DNA from: Bdellovibrionales bacterium
Lineage (GTDB): Bacteria > Bdellovibrionota > Bdellovibrionia > Bdellovibrionales > UBA1609
Direction: 5' to 3'
NCBI GenBank assembly: GCA_027317865.1
Contig: DAHVQG010000008.1
Span: forward strand, 1 to 64,000
Length of the DNA stretch: 64,000 nt
The position numbers and the translations under genes were made by a program. A model generated the notes under the pieces. It did no database searches and was not told the origin of the DNA. It was given only the letters and a program-made list of their open reading frames with translations. Below, piece by piece: positions 18,714 to 28,094 of the stretch. Positions within the stretch are counted from its first letter, which is position 1; each line of letters opens with the position of its first letter.

Positions 18714-18838
18714 TCGCCAAACAATTCGGCCGGTGATCTTGTTGAACCGCGTTTTGCAATACGGCGTTTACGGGCAAGACCCTTGCGCGCTTGTTTGCGA
18801 CGACGAATGCGATCGGTAACTCGAGTTTTTGATGCCAT
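18710..18838 (-). CDS. Small, highly basic 42-aa protein
   Basis: AGGAG SD 7 nt before ATG at 18838; MASKTRVTDRIRRRKQARKGLARKRRIAKRGSTRSPAELFGD. Confidence 0.7.
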   Translation of the reverse strand: MASKTRVTDRIRRRKQARKGLARKRRIAKRGSTRSPAELFGD

Positions 18839-18863
18839 ATTAAGACTCCTTACAAGAAGCGGG

Positions 18864-19751
18864 TTACCAAAATGGCAAGCGCAAGTCAACGCCCTGCATA
18901 TAGCCGCCACCTGAGGCGACATCTTTTTGAAAATAGTAGTCCGCTTTTAATCGAGGACCGTTAAATGTAAAGCCCGCTGTCCAATATGTTTGATTCAAAT
19001 ATACATTGCGGTCGTAACCGATACGCGCCCATAACAAAGGTTCAACCTTAGATTCAAATCCAAACTGATATTCATTGAAATGTTTTGGGTTGTCCTCTTG
19101 ATATTCGAGTATGTCCGTACGCAGCCGAAAATCATCGGAAAATAAATAAGTCGCTCCGATTGCAAGCTCATTGCGCTCTTGAATCTCAGCCGGCACATTT
19201 TTTAAATGACCAAAATCGTTGTAAGAAACAAATGCAAGACCCAAATACGGTAAGGGGTTGTACAATACTCCAAGGTGACCGTTCCACTGGATGTAGTCGT
19301 TACCATTACTCAAAACACTCCGCAGATAGGTGACCGCGGCCCCCAAAGAAATGTGCGTTGTAATAAATTGCCCCATAGAGAGCTGATGATAATCTTCTCG
19401 CACCGATGGTAAATTTTGAAAAGTGCGATAGCGGTGAACGTAAAGGTAGCCTCCAGCAAACAAGAGCCCTGGAGAATTGTCGGTAACTGTTAATCCATAA
19501 TATTGGTCCTTTTCGCCCGGTAATTCCGAACCGCTGGCGTAAAAAAATTCACCGACGGCGGGTGAAGCATCGACAACCGTCGCCGGATTGAGGATGAATT
19601 GTTCACCATCTTCAGTCGAAGCGCGGCCGGCCCGTCCCGCACCGCTAGCGACTGTGCCTGTAATATATTGCGCGTAACTTCGAATCGAAAATGAAATCAT
19701 GGCCAAATAAACTATTATAGCGAAAAAAATCTGCGATGGTTTTGCGTTCAT
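18864..19751 (-). CDS. Outer-membrane beta-barrel protein (FadL/PorV-like start motif)
   Basis: Signal peptide; GAGRAGRA...FILNPA motif; alternating aromatic strands; C-terminal LRLPFW. Confidence 0.65.
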   Translation of the reverse strand: MNAKPSQIFFAIIVYLAMISFSIRSYAQYITGTVASGAGRAGRASTEDGEQFILNPATVVDASPAVGEFFYASGSELPGEKDQYYGLTVTDNSPGLLFAGGYLYVHRYRTFQNLPSVREDYHQLSMGQFITTHISLGAAVTYLRSVLSNGNDYIQWNGHLGVLYNPLPYLGLAFVSYNDFGHLKNVPAEIQERNELAIGATYLFSDDFRLRTDILEYQEDNPKHFNEYQFGFESKVEPLLWARIGYDRNVYLNQTYWTAGFTFNGPRLKADYYFQKDVASGGGYMQGVDLRLPFW

Positions 19752-19853
19752 GGCGGTGTGATAAGCGTCGTGCATTTTGTGGTGCATTGTCAAAAAGATA
19801 AGTTTTTATTTACAGCGGTGCAATTTGAACGTGATCGCATCGTGGTAGTCAAA

Positions 19854-20555
19854 ATGATCATGCGTCGGATATTTGTCCTTTTCCTTTCAGCGCAAATCGC
19901 AGCTACCGCGTTTGCGCAGAATTCGGGCCAAACGGATAAAACCGTTGAATATCGCAACGTCATTTATACGACCAATGGCGATTTGCTTTTGCGCGAGGTA
20001 ACAAATACTAAAGCCGACTGGTTTTTGTTTGAAGAGTGTGAATTGGTGCCGTCAAATCAACCGGCCCTTCACGATCACGCCGCTGGAGCCTGCTACGCCT
20101 TATCGCCAAAATACAAAAATAGCGCGGTTGCTCGGTATGCCCTGAGCGAGCGATTCACTCATTATCTCGCCCGCGATTTAAGCGACATTAAAAAAGTTCA
20201 AAATTTTTCGCGTTGGCTAATGCCGTTACTTACGGCGTGGTCGATAAATCGGGGCTTTTCAGCATGGAACAAATTTTATTACGCAGCATCGACCGTGGTT
20301 CGCTTTCGCTCGGGCGTTGTTGCAATTACTCTTTCGGTTTTATCAACCCTTATGGCGGCCATCATATTGGATGCTTGGACATCCCAAATTCCGCCACTTG
20401 AAGTTAACCTAAAGGTAAACAATCTCCGGGCAGAAGATGCAATGCACGGATCGTTTACGGGTCAAGACGTCTATTTGTTGTTTCGAACAGCACTCCGGCA
20501 AGCTTTTGCCGACAAAACGGTTTTACAATACGAAAAGGCACCAGGTTTCAACTAG
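19854..20555 (+). CDS. Exported/membrane hypothetical protein
   Basis: Signal peptide MIMRRIFVLFLSAQIAATAFA; later hydrophobic helix. Confidence 0.65.
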   Translation: MIMRRIFVLFLSAQIAATAFAQNSGQTDKTVEYRNVIYTTNGDLLLREVTNTKADWFLFEECELVPSNQPALHDHAAGACYALSPKYKNSAVARYALSERFTHYLARDLSDIKKVQNFSRWLMPLLTAWSINRGFSAWNKFYYAASTVVRFRSGVVAITLSVLSTLMAAIILDAWTSQIPPLEVNLKVNNLRAEDAMHGSFTGQDVYLLFRTALRQAFADKTVLQYEKAPGFN

Positions 20556-20579
20556 TTGCCGTGTCTCAAAAAAGGCGCC

Positions 20580-20607
20580 TCAAGTTGATCCAGACTTTGG
20601 CCGATAA
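20580..20607 (+). promoter_or_regulatory. Putative sigma28 promoter
   Basis: TCAAG-N15-GCCGATAA with a perfect -10 element, about 45 nt before the ATG at 20654. Confidence 0.55.
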
Positions 20608-20653
20608 ATTAAAAGGTAACAGTCACGCCCGTAACTTGTCGGTGGAGGGTATT

Positions 20654-21925
20654 ATGTCGGATGTGCGCCCTAAAAAACGCTACCTCTTTTTTCTTTTTTT
20701 GATCATCGGGATCGTATCTGTTCCCATATTTTATCTCAACTGTTCGGGGCCCAATCCGAACTCAACGAGTGCCGCATCGATTTTATCAAGCGGTGTCTTC
20801 CCTTATCAAATGCACATTGACACCATCGCCTATATGTCCTGTTCAAATCTAAATGGCCCCTATACAAACACGCAGAATGACCCGTCCAACGCGTTTTTTA
20901 GCTTCAAAGTCGCGGCGCTCAACTCAAACCCAGGAAATTGCACCACAAATAGCACTGGCGGCAGTGGGGTTTGCCTTACCCAACCGTTTATCTACGCCGT
21001 CAGAAATCTTGCGCCTTCAGACCAAACCTCGGTTTTAAAGTCGAGCACATACGGCGCTTTATATCCTGATCTGAGCATTCGCCCCAGTAGTGATCTTGTG
21101 GACGGCAGTAGCGTGGCGTACATCGGCACGCAATGCACAAATGACTGTGGTAATCCAAGTTTTGCGGATGCCAATTTGCTCGGTGCCTCCGAATATCTAT
21201 CAAGCTATGCTTCAACTTTTTTTAATAGTGGTACCGACTGGCATAACTCGTATTCAACCTCTGCGGGAGAAATTCCAATGTCAGGTCAGATCAGTTTTAC
21301 TGGCGGCCAGAACGACGGCGCGGGCAGCGCGATTCGCGGTGCGATTACCCAGGGATCTGGCAACTATTTTTTGACAACTGAATTTGCTGACGCAGCCGGA
21401 ACTGGCCAAGCCGGTCAAGGAGCAAGCACCAACGGTTCAAATGGTCAGGTTTATGGCTATGGCTATCGGTTTAGCTTCTCTAACGGGCAATATCAGTCTA
21501 CAGGACCCGCGCGCGCAATAAGCAATGTCTACGAATATGATCTCACCACAGGCCAACAAACCAGCTCGTCATGGACATGCGAAAATTTCGAAATCCTTTA
21601 CCCCGGCGACCTTGGCCGTTCAAGCGGCGTTCCGCGATGGACGCCCATAGCAAATCCACAGCCGGCAAACGCGCTACAAGCCGCAGCACTTCAAATGCTC
21701 CCCAATTGGCAATTCGACGAATACGGAAATTTCGTCATGCCGCCAACGTCGGTCACCAGCGGTGATTTCTGTGAAGGGACCCTGCAAATGCACCCACAGG
21801 GCAGCTACACCACGCCGTCAAATACCTTGTATTATGACTCAACCCACAGCGGTGGTGGGGGTACATGCAGTACGAGCTTAAACAATTGTCCGCATCTTGT
21901 CTCTGTTTGTGTTCGGAACAATTAG
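20654..21925 (+). CDS. Ser/Gly/Thr/Asn-rich Cys-containing surface (lipo)protein
   Basis: GGAGG SD; basic N-terminus, hydrophobic helix, then YLNCS lipobox-like motif; C-terminal CPHLVSVCVR. Confidence 0.75.
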   Translation: MSDVRPKKRYLFFLFLIIGIVSVPIFYLNCSGPNPNSTSAASILSSGVFPYQMHIDTIAYMSCSNLNGPYTNTQNDPSNAFFSFKVAALNSNPGNCTTNSTGGSGVCLTQPFIYAVRNLAPSDQTSVLKSSTYGALYPDLSIRPSSDLVDGSSVAYIGTQCTNDCGNPSFADANLLGASEYLSSYASTFFNSGTDWHNSYSTSAGEIPMSGQISFTGGQNDGAGSAIRGAITQGSGNYFLTTEFADAAGTGQAGQGASTNGSNGQVYGYGYRFSFSNGQYQSTGPARAISNVYEYDLTTGQQTSSSWTCENFEILYPGDLGRSSGVPRWTPIANPQPANALQAAALQMLPNWQFDEYGNFVMPPTSVTSGDFCEGTLQMHPQGSYTTPSNTLYYDSTHSGGGGTCSTSLNNCPHLVSVCVRNN

Positions 21926-22019
21926 CTCGCAATGCAAAATTTATGGAAGCCGTATTTTTTGCCAGCAAGCAGGCGCGCCAAGTCTTGATAATTCACCTGA
22001 GCCGACCTACCTTGCATGA

Positions 22020-22907
22020 ATGAACCGTGCTCACTCGAGTAAAGTTAAAAAAGCGTTGATACCGGCCGCCGGGCTGGGCACGCGGTTTTTGCCGGCAACT
22101 AAAACGATTCCAAAAGAAATGCTCCCCGTCGCGGATCAGCCGATTTTGCTTTATGTTATCGAAGAAGCCGTTCGCGCCGGTATCGAAGATATTGTCCTTG
22201 TCGCAGGCCGCGGCAAACACGCCATCGAAGATTTTTTCGACCGTTCGTACGAACTCGAAGATCAACTTTTAAAATCAAATCGTGTCGACCTTTTGGAGCG
22301 AATTCAAAACATCCGCAATATGGCCAATATTATCAGTATTCGGCAAAAAGAAGCCCTCGGGCTTGGTCACGCCGTTTATTGCGGTAAGCCAATAATTGGC
22401 CAAGAAAATTTCGCCGTTCTTCTGGGTGACGAAATTATGTATTCGGACCCCGGTGAGCCGACGGTCGTTGAGCAATTAACAAAAATTTTTGATGAAACCG
22501 AAACTTCGACTGTTGCGGTAATGGAAGTCTCAACCGAGGATGTAGAGAAATACGGAATTATCGCGGCAGAAAAAACGGCGCAAAGCTATTTCAAAGTCCA
22601 TCACGTCGTTGAAAAACCGCGCAAAAGTGAAGCCCCCAGTGCGCTCGCATTGCCGGGTCGCTACGTTTTTACCCGCCATATTTTTGATTATCTAGAAAAC
22701 GCAAAGCCCGGCAAAAATAATGAAATTCAACTCACCGACGCGATGACCGAACTCGCCACGCACCGCGGATTATATGCCACTTTGTTCCGCGCGCGCCGAT
22801 TTGATGCCGGCGACCAACTTGGTTATCTCATGGCCAACATCGAACTCTCGCTCATGCGGCCCGACATCGGGCCAAAACTTAAAACCTACTTGAAGGGGCT
22901 TTTATGA
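22020..22907 (+). CDS. galU: UTP--glucose-1-phosphate uridylyltransferase
   Basis: KALIPAAGLGTRFLPATKTIPKEMLP, RQKEALGLGHAV, VEKP, EIQLTDA. Confidence 0.95.
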   Translation: MNRAHSSKVKKALIPAAGLGTRFLPATKTIPKEMLPVADQPILLYVIEEAVRAGIEDIVLVAGRGKHAIEDFFDRSYELEDQLLKSNRVDLLERIQNIRNMANIISIRQKEALGLGHAVYCGKPIIGQENFAVLLGDEIMYSDPGEPTVVEQLTKIFDETETSTVAVMEVSTEDVEKYGIIAAEKTAQSYFKVHHVVEKPRKSEAPSALALPGRYVFTRHIFDYLENAKPGKNNEIQLTDAMTELATHRGLYATLFRARRFDAGDQLGYLMANIELSLMRPDIGPKLKTYLKGLL

Positions 22908-23842
22908 AGCTCAACAAAAGAAATTTAAATTTGTCGCAAATGTTTGCAAGCACGATTGTTTTACTTTTGCTCGCCATTCCGGCCCGCGCATACATCCCGC
23001 CATATTGGATGATTCTAATGCGTACAGCAAAGAATCACGGCAATGGGGCCTACATCGTTAACGAAGACGTTTCGTTTCCGAATCCGAGCGACCCGACACA
23101 ACCCACCTTAGCCGCCCATGAGCACTGGATAATCCTAAGCGGGTCGCAAATGCGCGTCGAAGTAGACGGCATTGGGAGTCTTAAAAATCAGCTTCAATTG
23201 ACTTATGTTTACCGCTGGGGCCGCCGTTATTTCATTTCTAAAACAGGCGTTCGAAAAGTGAAAAAAGCTCCGAACGATTGGCTTGAGCCTTTCTTCAATT
23301 TTCGTAACGCGCAGGCGTTTCAACGTTATGCGATCCAAAAAGGGGTCACCCCTCCGGCGTCTGCCGCAAGTCGGCAGCAACCATATTCGAAGCTCCACCC
23401 GCTCCCCATTCCTGAGCCTTACATGCGGCTGTCGCGCGTCGACGGCACGGTTTCATATGCAATTGGTAAACCTACCCCGGTTGGCGCGACACTTCTGCCG
23501 GGACTATGGATTAAACAAGATCAGTTTGTGGTTAAAAAAATTCGTTTCCCATCGGGGGCGGTCGTTCTTGCAAAAGGCTATAATCTTTATGGTGACATTT
23601 GGCTTCCGAAGTCCATTGCCGTTACCTGGCCGAACCAATCAGCGACAGAAAATGGCGATAGTGGTACAGGTGCCGTCACTGCGAAAGCACAACTGACGCT
23701 TCTCAACGTAACTGCGGTCCGTCCCGATAAGCTGATTAAAAAGCTGATGGATCCGTTTCAGCTTTCAATCAAAAACGGTGACAAGCCCCGGCTCATGCCC
23801 AACAACGCTGTGATTCAATCTTTTTATACAAAATTGAGGTAG
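22904..23842 (+). CDS. Secreted hypothetical protein (possible LolA/DUF2092-like fold)
   Basis: Signal peptide ending PARA; ATGA overlap with galU; beta-rich and basic. Confidence 0.65.
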   Translation: MKLNKRNLNLSQMFASTIVLLLLAIPARAYIPPYWMILMRTAKNHGNGAYIVNEDVSFPNPSDPTQPTLAAHEHWIILSGSQMRVEVDGIGSLKNQLQLTYVYRWGRRYFISKTGVRKVKKAPNDWLEPFFNFRNAQAFQRYAIQKGVTPPASAASRQQPYSKLHPLPIPEPYMRLSRVDGTVSYAIGKPTPVGATLLPGLWIKQDQFVVKKIRFPSGAVVLAKGYNLYGDIWLPKSIAVTWPNQSATENGDSGTGAVTAKAQLTLLNVTAVRPDKLIKKLMDPFQLSIKNGDKPRLMPNNAVIQSFYTKLR

Positions 23843-23846
23843 TCGC

Positions 23847-25892
23847 GTGGCTGATGGTCGCGCACAAAACGACGCTACTGACGAACTGTTTGTTAATGTG
23901 GCCGTTGAAGCCCCCTTACAAAATTTACTTACTTACAAGGCTTCGGCAGATTTTGTGCGTGGCGACTCGGTGCTTGTTCCGCTTGGCAAACGCACCGTTC
24001 GCGCCGTCATTATGCAAACGAATGTCAAAAAGCCGGCGGCCGAAATATCGGTTCGCGCGGTAAGTGGCCGCAACGACGATCGGCCGCGCCTTAGTGAACC
24101 CATTTTAAAATGGCTCGAGTGGGTGTCGGATTACTATATTTACCCCATTGGGCAAGTCATGGCTCTTTCATTTGCCCCCCTTAAAAGGGTCGCAAAGTTG
24201 CGACGTTCCTCGCTGCGCACGCAAAAAAAGAATCCGATCGTAAAATCTGTCGAAAATAGGCCCAAACCAAAACTGACCGACGAACAAGATTATGTTGTTA
24301 AAAATATTCACGTTGAGAATGGATTTGGCACTCATCTCATATTCGGAGTGACAGGGTCGGGCAAAACCGAGATTTATTTTGAACTTCTCGAAAAAGCCCT
24401 CCAAGCAGAATCAGACCGGCTCGGGAGCGCTTTGGTTCTGGTGCCGGAAATTTCACTTACTCCGCAATTGACAGCGCGATTTGCGGCAAGATTCGGCGAC
24501 AAAATCGCCGTGTTGCATTCGCAGTTGACCGACCGTGAGCGAACGGAGCAGTGGTGGAAGATCGTATCCGGCGAAAAAAAAATTCTTATCGGCGCGCGCT
24601 CGGCGCTCTTTTGCCCCATTCCCGATTTGCGCATTATTATCGTGGATGAAGAACATGAAACAAGCTACAAGCAAGAAGAAAAATTGCGCTACCACGCGCG
24701 CGATGCCGCTGTGATGTTGGCACGGCACCTGGATATTCCAATTGTGCTCGGTTCAGCAACCCCCAGTTTAGAGTCCTGGCAAAATGCCAAGCGCGGCAAA
24801 TACCACCTTCATACACTCACTCGCCGCGTGGCCGAGCGTGAGATGCCAAAAATTGAACTTATCGATTTGCGCGAGGTCTCGATGGCAACTCCTTTTTGGC
24901 TCTCGCCACAACTTGAAAGTGAAATCCGCGCAACACTTGATCGCGGGGAACAAATCGCGCTTTTTCTCAACCGCCGCGGCATCGCCCGCGCCGTTTTGTG
25001 CACAAGTTGTGGCCACGATTACAGCTGCCCGAATTGTACGATTTCTCTAACCCTGCACGGTGAGCGCGATTTGATTTGTCACTATTGCGACTACCATGAG
25101 CTTTTGTCCGACACCTGTCCAAAATGCAAGGAGGGGGAACTCAAGTCGATCGGACTAGGTACCGAGCAACTTGAAAACGATTTAAAAAAAATATTCCCAC
25201 CTGCCCGTATTGCCCGGGCCGATCGGGATGAAATTCGCTCCCGCCAAACGCTTGAACAGTTCATTCATCAGATGGAGTCGCATGAGATCGACATATTAGT
25301 CGGTACACAAATGATCGCAAAGGGACTTGATTTTCCAAAACTCTCACTCGTCGGTCTTGTCCTTGCAGACATCGGCTTTAACATACCCGATTTTCGTTCG
25401 ACCGAGCGGGCCTACCAACTTATCACGCAGATGAGCGGCCGCGCCGGCCGGCACCAAAAAGACGGCGGACGGGTTTTTATTCAGACCTACAATCCCGAGC
25501 ATCCGGCCCTTCAAATGTCGCTTGCCGGGCAATTTTCCGATTTTGCCGATCATGAACTTGCCGCGCGCGAACAGTTTGCCTATCCGCCGTTTTGCCGTTT
25601 GGCGGCGATTCGCGTGATCTCCCGCGATTTTCGCCGCGGCGAAGATACGATCGAGCAGGTCGCGCGTCGCGCCGAGGCTTTAAAGAAAATAAACGCCCAG
25701 TACGAGAAAATCGAGATTTTGGGGCCTGTTGAAGCGCCAATTGCACGACTACGCGGTCAGTTTCGCTTTCACGCGCTCTTTAAATCGCGAAATAACCTAA
25801 GCGGGTTTTGCCGCCAGCTGCTCGGAAACGGCGCCTGGATACCCTCTTCGACTAAAGTGCAGATCGATATTGATCCTATGAATTTGCTTTAG
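23847..25892 (+). CDS. priA: Primosomal protein N'
   Basis: GVTGSGKTEIY, LVPEISLTPQL, DEEH, four CxxC pairs, GTQMIAKGLDFP, GRAGR. Confidence 0.95.
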   Translation: MADGRAQNDATDELFVNVAVEAPLQNLLTYKASADFVRGDSVLVPLGKRTVRAVIMQTNVKKPAAEISVRAVSGRNDDRPRLSEPILKWLEWVSDYYIYPIGQVMALSFAPLKRVAKLRRSSLRTQKKNPIVKSVENRPKPKLTDEQDYVVKNIHVENGFGTHLIFGVTGSGKTEIYFELLEKALQAESDRLGSALVLVPEISLTPQLTARFAARFGDKIAVLHSQLTDRERTEQWWKIVSGEKKILIGARSALFCPIPDLRIIIVDEEHETSYKQEEKLRYHARDAAVMLARHLDIPIVLGSATPSLESWQNAKRGKYHLHTLTRRVAEREMPKIELIDLREVSMATPFWLSPQLESEIRATLDRGEQIALFLNRRGIARAVLCTSCGHDYSCPNCTISLTLHGERDLICHYCDYHELLSDTCPKCKEGELKSIGLGTEQLENDLKKIFPPARIARADRDEIRSRQTLEQFIHQMESHEIDILVGTQMIAKGLDFPKLSLVGLVLADIGFNIPDFRSTERAYQLITQMSGRAGRHQKDGGRVFIQTYNPEHPALQMSLAGQFSDFADHELAAREQFAYPPFCRLAAIRVISRDFRRGEDTIEQVARRAEALKKINAQYEKIEILGPVEAPIARLRGQFRFHALFKSRNNLSGFCRQLLGNGAWIPSSTKVQIDIDPMNLL

Positions 25893-25921
25893 TGCGCGAC
25901 CTTGCTAAACTTTAAGTTGGC

Positions 25922-26821
25922 ATGAACGACAACTTGCAAACACACAGCTGCCCTCGCTGCGGCAACGACGCCACGAAGCTGATCCCAGTTGATGCGGGAA
26001 TGAAGCTCATTTTACAACAAACAAACGCAAGCGCACGGGATTTGCCCGCTGAAGTTTGCGCCGCTTGCTACAACGAATTAACGGCAAGCGTATCACAAGG
26101 GGTAAAGCTGCGGCTTGAACAACAAGCAAAAGAAAAAAATCGCCACATGCTTTGGAAAAGCCGCGTAAGTTTGGTGAAACAGGCGCGCGTATTAATGCAG
26201 CAAAAAATGTATTCTGAAGCCGCCGTCAATTACGAAAAATATTTACGCGTGCTTGAACTCTCGTACGATAAAAAATCGGGCGAGCTTACGCCCGATCTTT
26301 TTGGTAAAAGCTCACACTCTAAGGAGCTTACCGTAATTGCCACCTGCTATTGGGACCTCATGCTCATTTATGATACAAATCCTCAATACCGGGATCGCAT
26401 GTTGAAAGCCGCGCGAAAACTTGCTGAGTTTCTACCTTACTCGAAGATTTATCCGGACATTGCGAGAAAAGCACAGGTTTTTGCTGGCTCAGCAAAAAAC
26501 CCCGATATCGTAAAAGAATTTTTGCAACTTGCAAAAGCCGGTACCGGCCGCTGCTTTATCGCAACCGCAGCGTTCAACGATGTCAATCACCCCACCGTCG
26601 CGGAATTGCGCCGCTTTAGAGACGAGGTTTTGTTGCACTCAGATCGAGGAGTTCGCTTTGTGATGTTTTATTACAAACACTCCCCGCCCATTGCTGAATA
26701 TTTAGAGCGCCACCCACGTATTGCTAAACAATGCCGGACTCTTTTAAATTTCATTGTCATATTGGTGCGCGGTTTTAAGAGGCGACAAGATTCACGTCGA
26801 ATTTCTTGCGACGGCAAATAA
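25922..26821 (+). CDS. Zinc-ribbon/TPR-like protein with C-terminal CFI-box-CTERM domain
   Basis: CPRC...CAAC at the N-terminus; helical repeat; GRCFIATAAF...LRRFRDEVL...FYYKHSPPIA. Confidence 0.8.
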   Translation: MNDNLQTHSCPRCGNDATKLIPVDAGMKLILQQTNASARDLPAEVCAACYNELTASVSQGVKLRLEQQAKEKNRHMLWKSRVSLVKQARVLMQQKMYSEAAVNYEKYLRVLELSYDKKSGELTPDLFGKSSHSKELTVIATCYWDLMLIYDTNPQYRDRMLKAARKLAEFLPYSKIYPDIARKAQVFAGSAKNPDIVKEFLQLAKAGTGRCFIATAAFNDVNHPTVAELRRFRDEVLLHSDRGVRFVMFYYKHSPPIAEYLERHPRIAKQCRTLLNFIVILVRGFKRRQDSRRISCDGK

Positions 26822-26841
26822 CGTCTGGTACGTTTTTTAGC

Positions 26842-27945
26842 ATGAAAACAGCAATTATTTCTGACGGTCTTGCCGGATTTATGCTGGCCCATGTTCTCAC
26901 AAAAATGGGCCATTCTGTAACATTGATCGACACCAACCAGAATCCGCAATCCGAGAGCCGGTTTTGCGATTTTGGAATACATTTTTTACCCAACACGCCC
27001 CTTGTCCGCCATGGCCTCACACTTCTTGAGAATTGCTTTGAAACTTCATTTGATATTCAAGCCATTCCCGCAGCACCGCTTACTGTTGAAGATAACAAAC
27101 TAAAAAACTTTATCGGTTTTGGCGAAGGCCGCTCAAAAGCCGTTGAGGCATTGAGTTTTTTTAACGCCCCGTCGCGCCTTGCGATAAATGTTCGCGAAAG
27201 CGACTTGGTTCAATTAGCTCTGCAGACCGGTGAATTTAAGATATTACCGTTTTCAGAACTAAGCGCGTTGAAATTCGAAAATTTAGTCCAAAACTCGCGA
27301 ATTGAAAACCTAACCCTAAATGGGCAGACGGACTTTGCCGCCGATCAATTTATTTATTTAAATGCTCCTCAAGATTTACTCGCTCTGATACCCCAAGAAC
27401 TCCTCGGCGTGAGAACCCGGTCAAGAATTTCTAAAGTCACATCTTGGGCCCGGGTTTCTCTCAAGCTTACACAAGTATCCCCGTTGCCTGAATTTAGCGG
27501 TCAGGTTTTAGACGAATTGATATTTTTAATGCCGAACCAACCCGATCACCAGCCATGTGTGGGGCAATTTGCGCCGCTTGGAACTCTTCAGTCGTGCTGG
27601 CAAACGTACATTTTAGCCGAACTAGCAGAGGATACGGTTTACGTTTCAAACAGTATAAAGGAGATTCGAAAACTGGTGCGAAAAGCGTTCTCCTTCCCCG
27701 ACACGACAACAAAAGAATCTGTAATTGTTGATCTTCTTGCAACTTCCGATCTCGCTTGGATCTTTGATAACAAGGAGGTCATGAATCTGGCTGAGAATTT
27801 TGTATTTGCACCCCGCCTGGCTTCTCAATCACACGGGCTGGCGCAGAGCGTTGAATGCCTTTCTCGGGCCTTCGATGCCCTTTTTGCTTCTAGCGTGCAT
27901 GCCGAGGTGGACAATACCTCGCCCACACTTCTACAGCACCCTTGA
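26842..27945 (+). CDS. Degenerate FAD-dependent oxidoreductase-like protein
   Basis: MKTAIISDGLAGFMLAHVLTKMGHSVTLID resembles a Rossmann start with altered GxGxxG; DFGIHFL motif. Confidence 0.55.
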   Translation: MKTAIISDGLAGFMLAHVLTKMGHSVTLIDTNQNPQSESRFCDFGIHFLPNTPLVRHGLTLLENCFETSFDIQAIPAAPLTVEDNKLKNFIGFGEGRSKAVEALSFFNAPSRLAINVRESDLVQLALQTGEFKILPFSELSALKFENLVQNSRIENLTLNGQTDFAADQFIYLNAPQDLLALIPQELLGVRTRSRISKVTSWARVSLKLTQVSPLPEFSGQVLDELIFLMPNQPDHQPCVGQFAPLGTLQSCWQTYILAELAEDTVYVSNSIKEIRKLVRKAFSFPDTTTKESVIVDLLATSDLAWIFDNKEVMNLAENFVFAPRLASQSHGLAQSVECLSRAFDALFASSVHAEVDNTSPTLLQHP

Positions 27946-27989
27946 ACGCTTGGCTCGTTCATGTTACCACTTGAGGCCGCAATAAACGA

Positions 27990-28090
27990 CTCACTTTCTG
28001 CAAAGCTTTCTGGTGCTTCGTCAATTGCTCGAGATTCGCATCTTTGAGCGACAAAGTTCCAAGCAGAAGGGTGGATTAACCAGAGAGGTA
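27990..28090 (+). promoter_or_regulatory. Structured rpsB 5' leader (possible S2 autoregulatory element)
   Basis: CACTTTCTGC (27992) can pair with GCAGAAGGGTG (28063); internal GCTCGAGA/TCTTTGAGC hairpin; lies upstream of rpsB. Confidence 0.45.
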
Positions 28091-28094
28091 TAAT

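Noticed and set aside
19758-19853. Head-to-head overlap of ORFs 18864-19793 and 19758-20555
   Set aside because: Artefact of longest-ORF starts; signal peptides indicate starts near 19751 and 19854
5654-25911. Shared 12-mer CCTTGCTAAACT at about 5654 and 25900
   Set aside because: Opposite orientation relative to the nearby genes; a short match like this is plausible by chance in 64 kb
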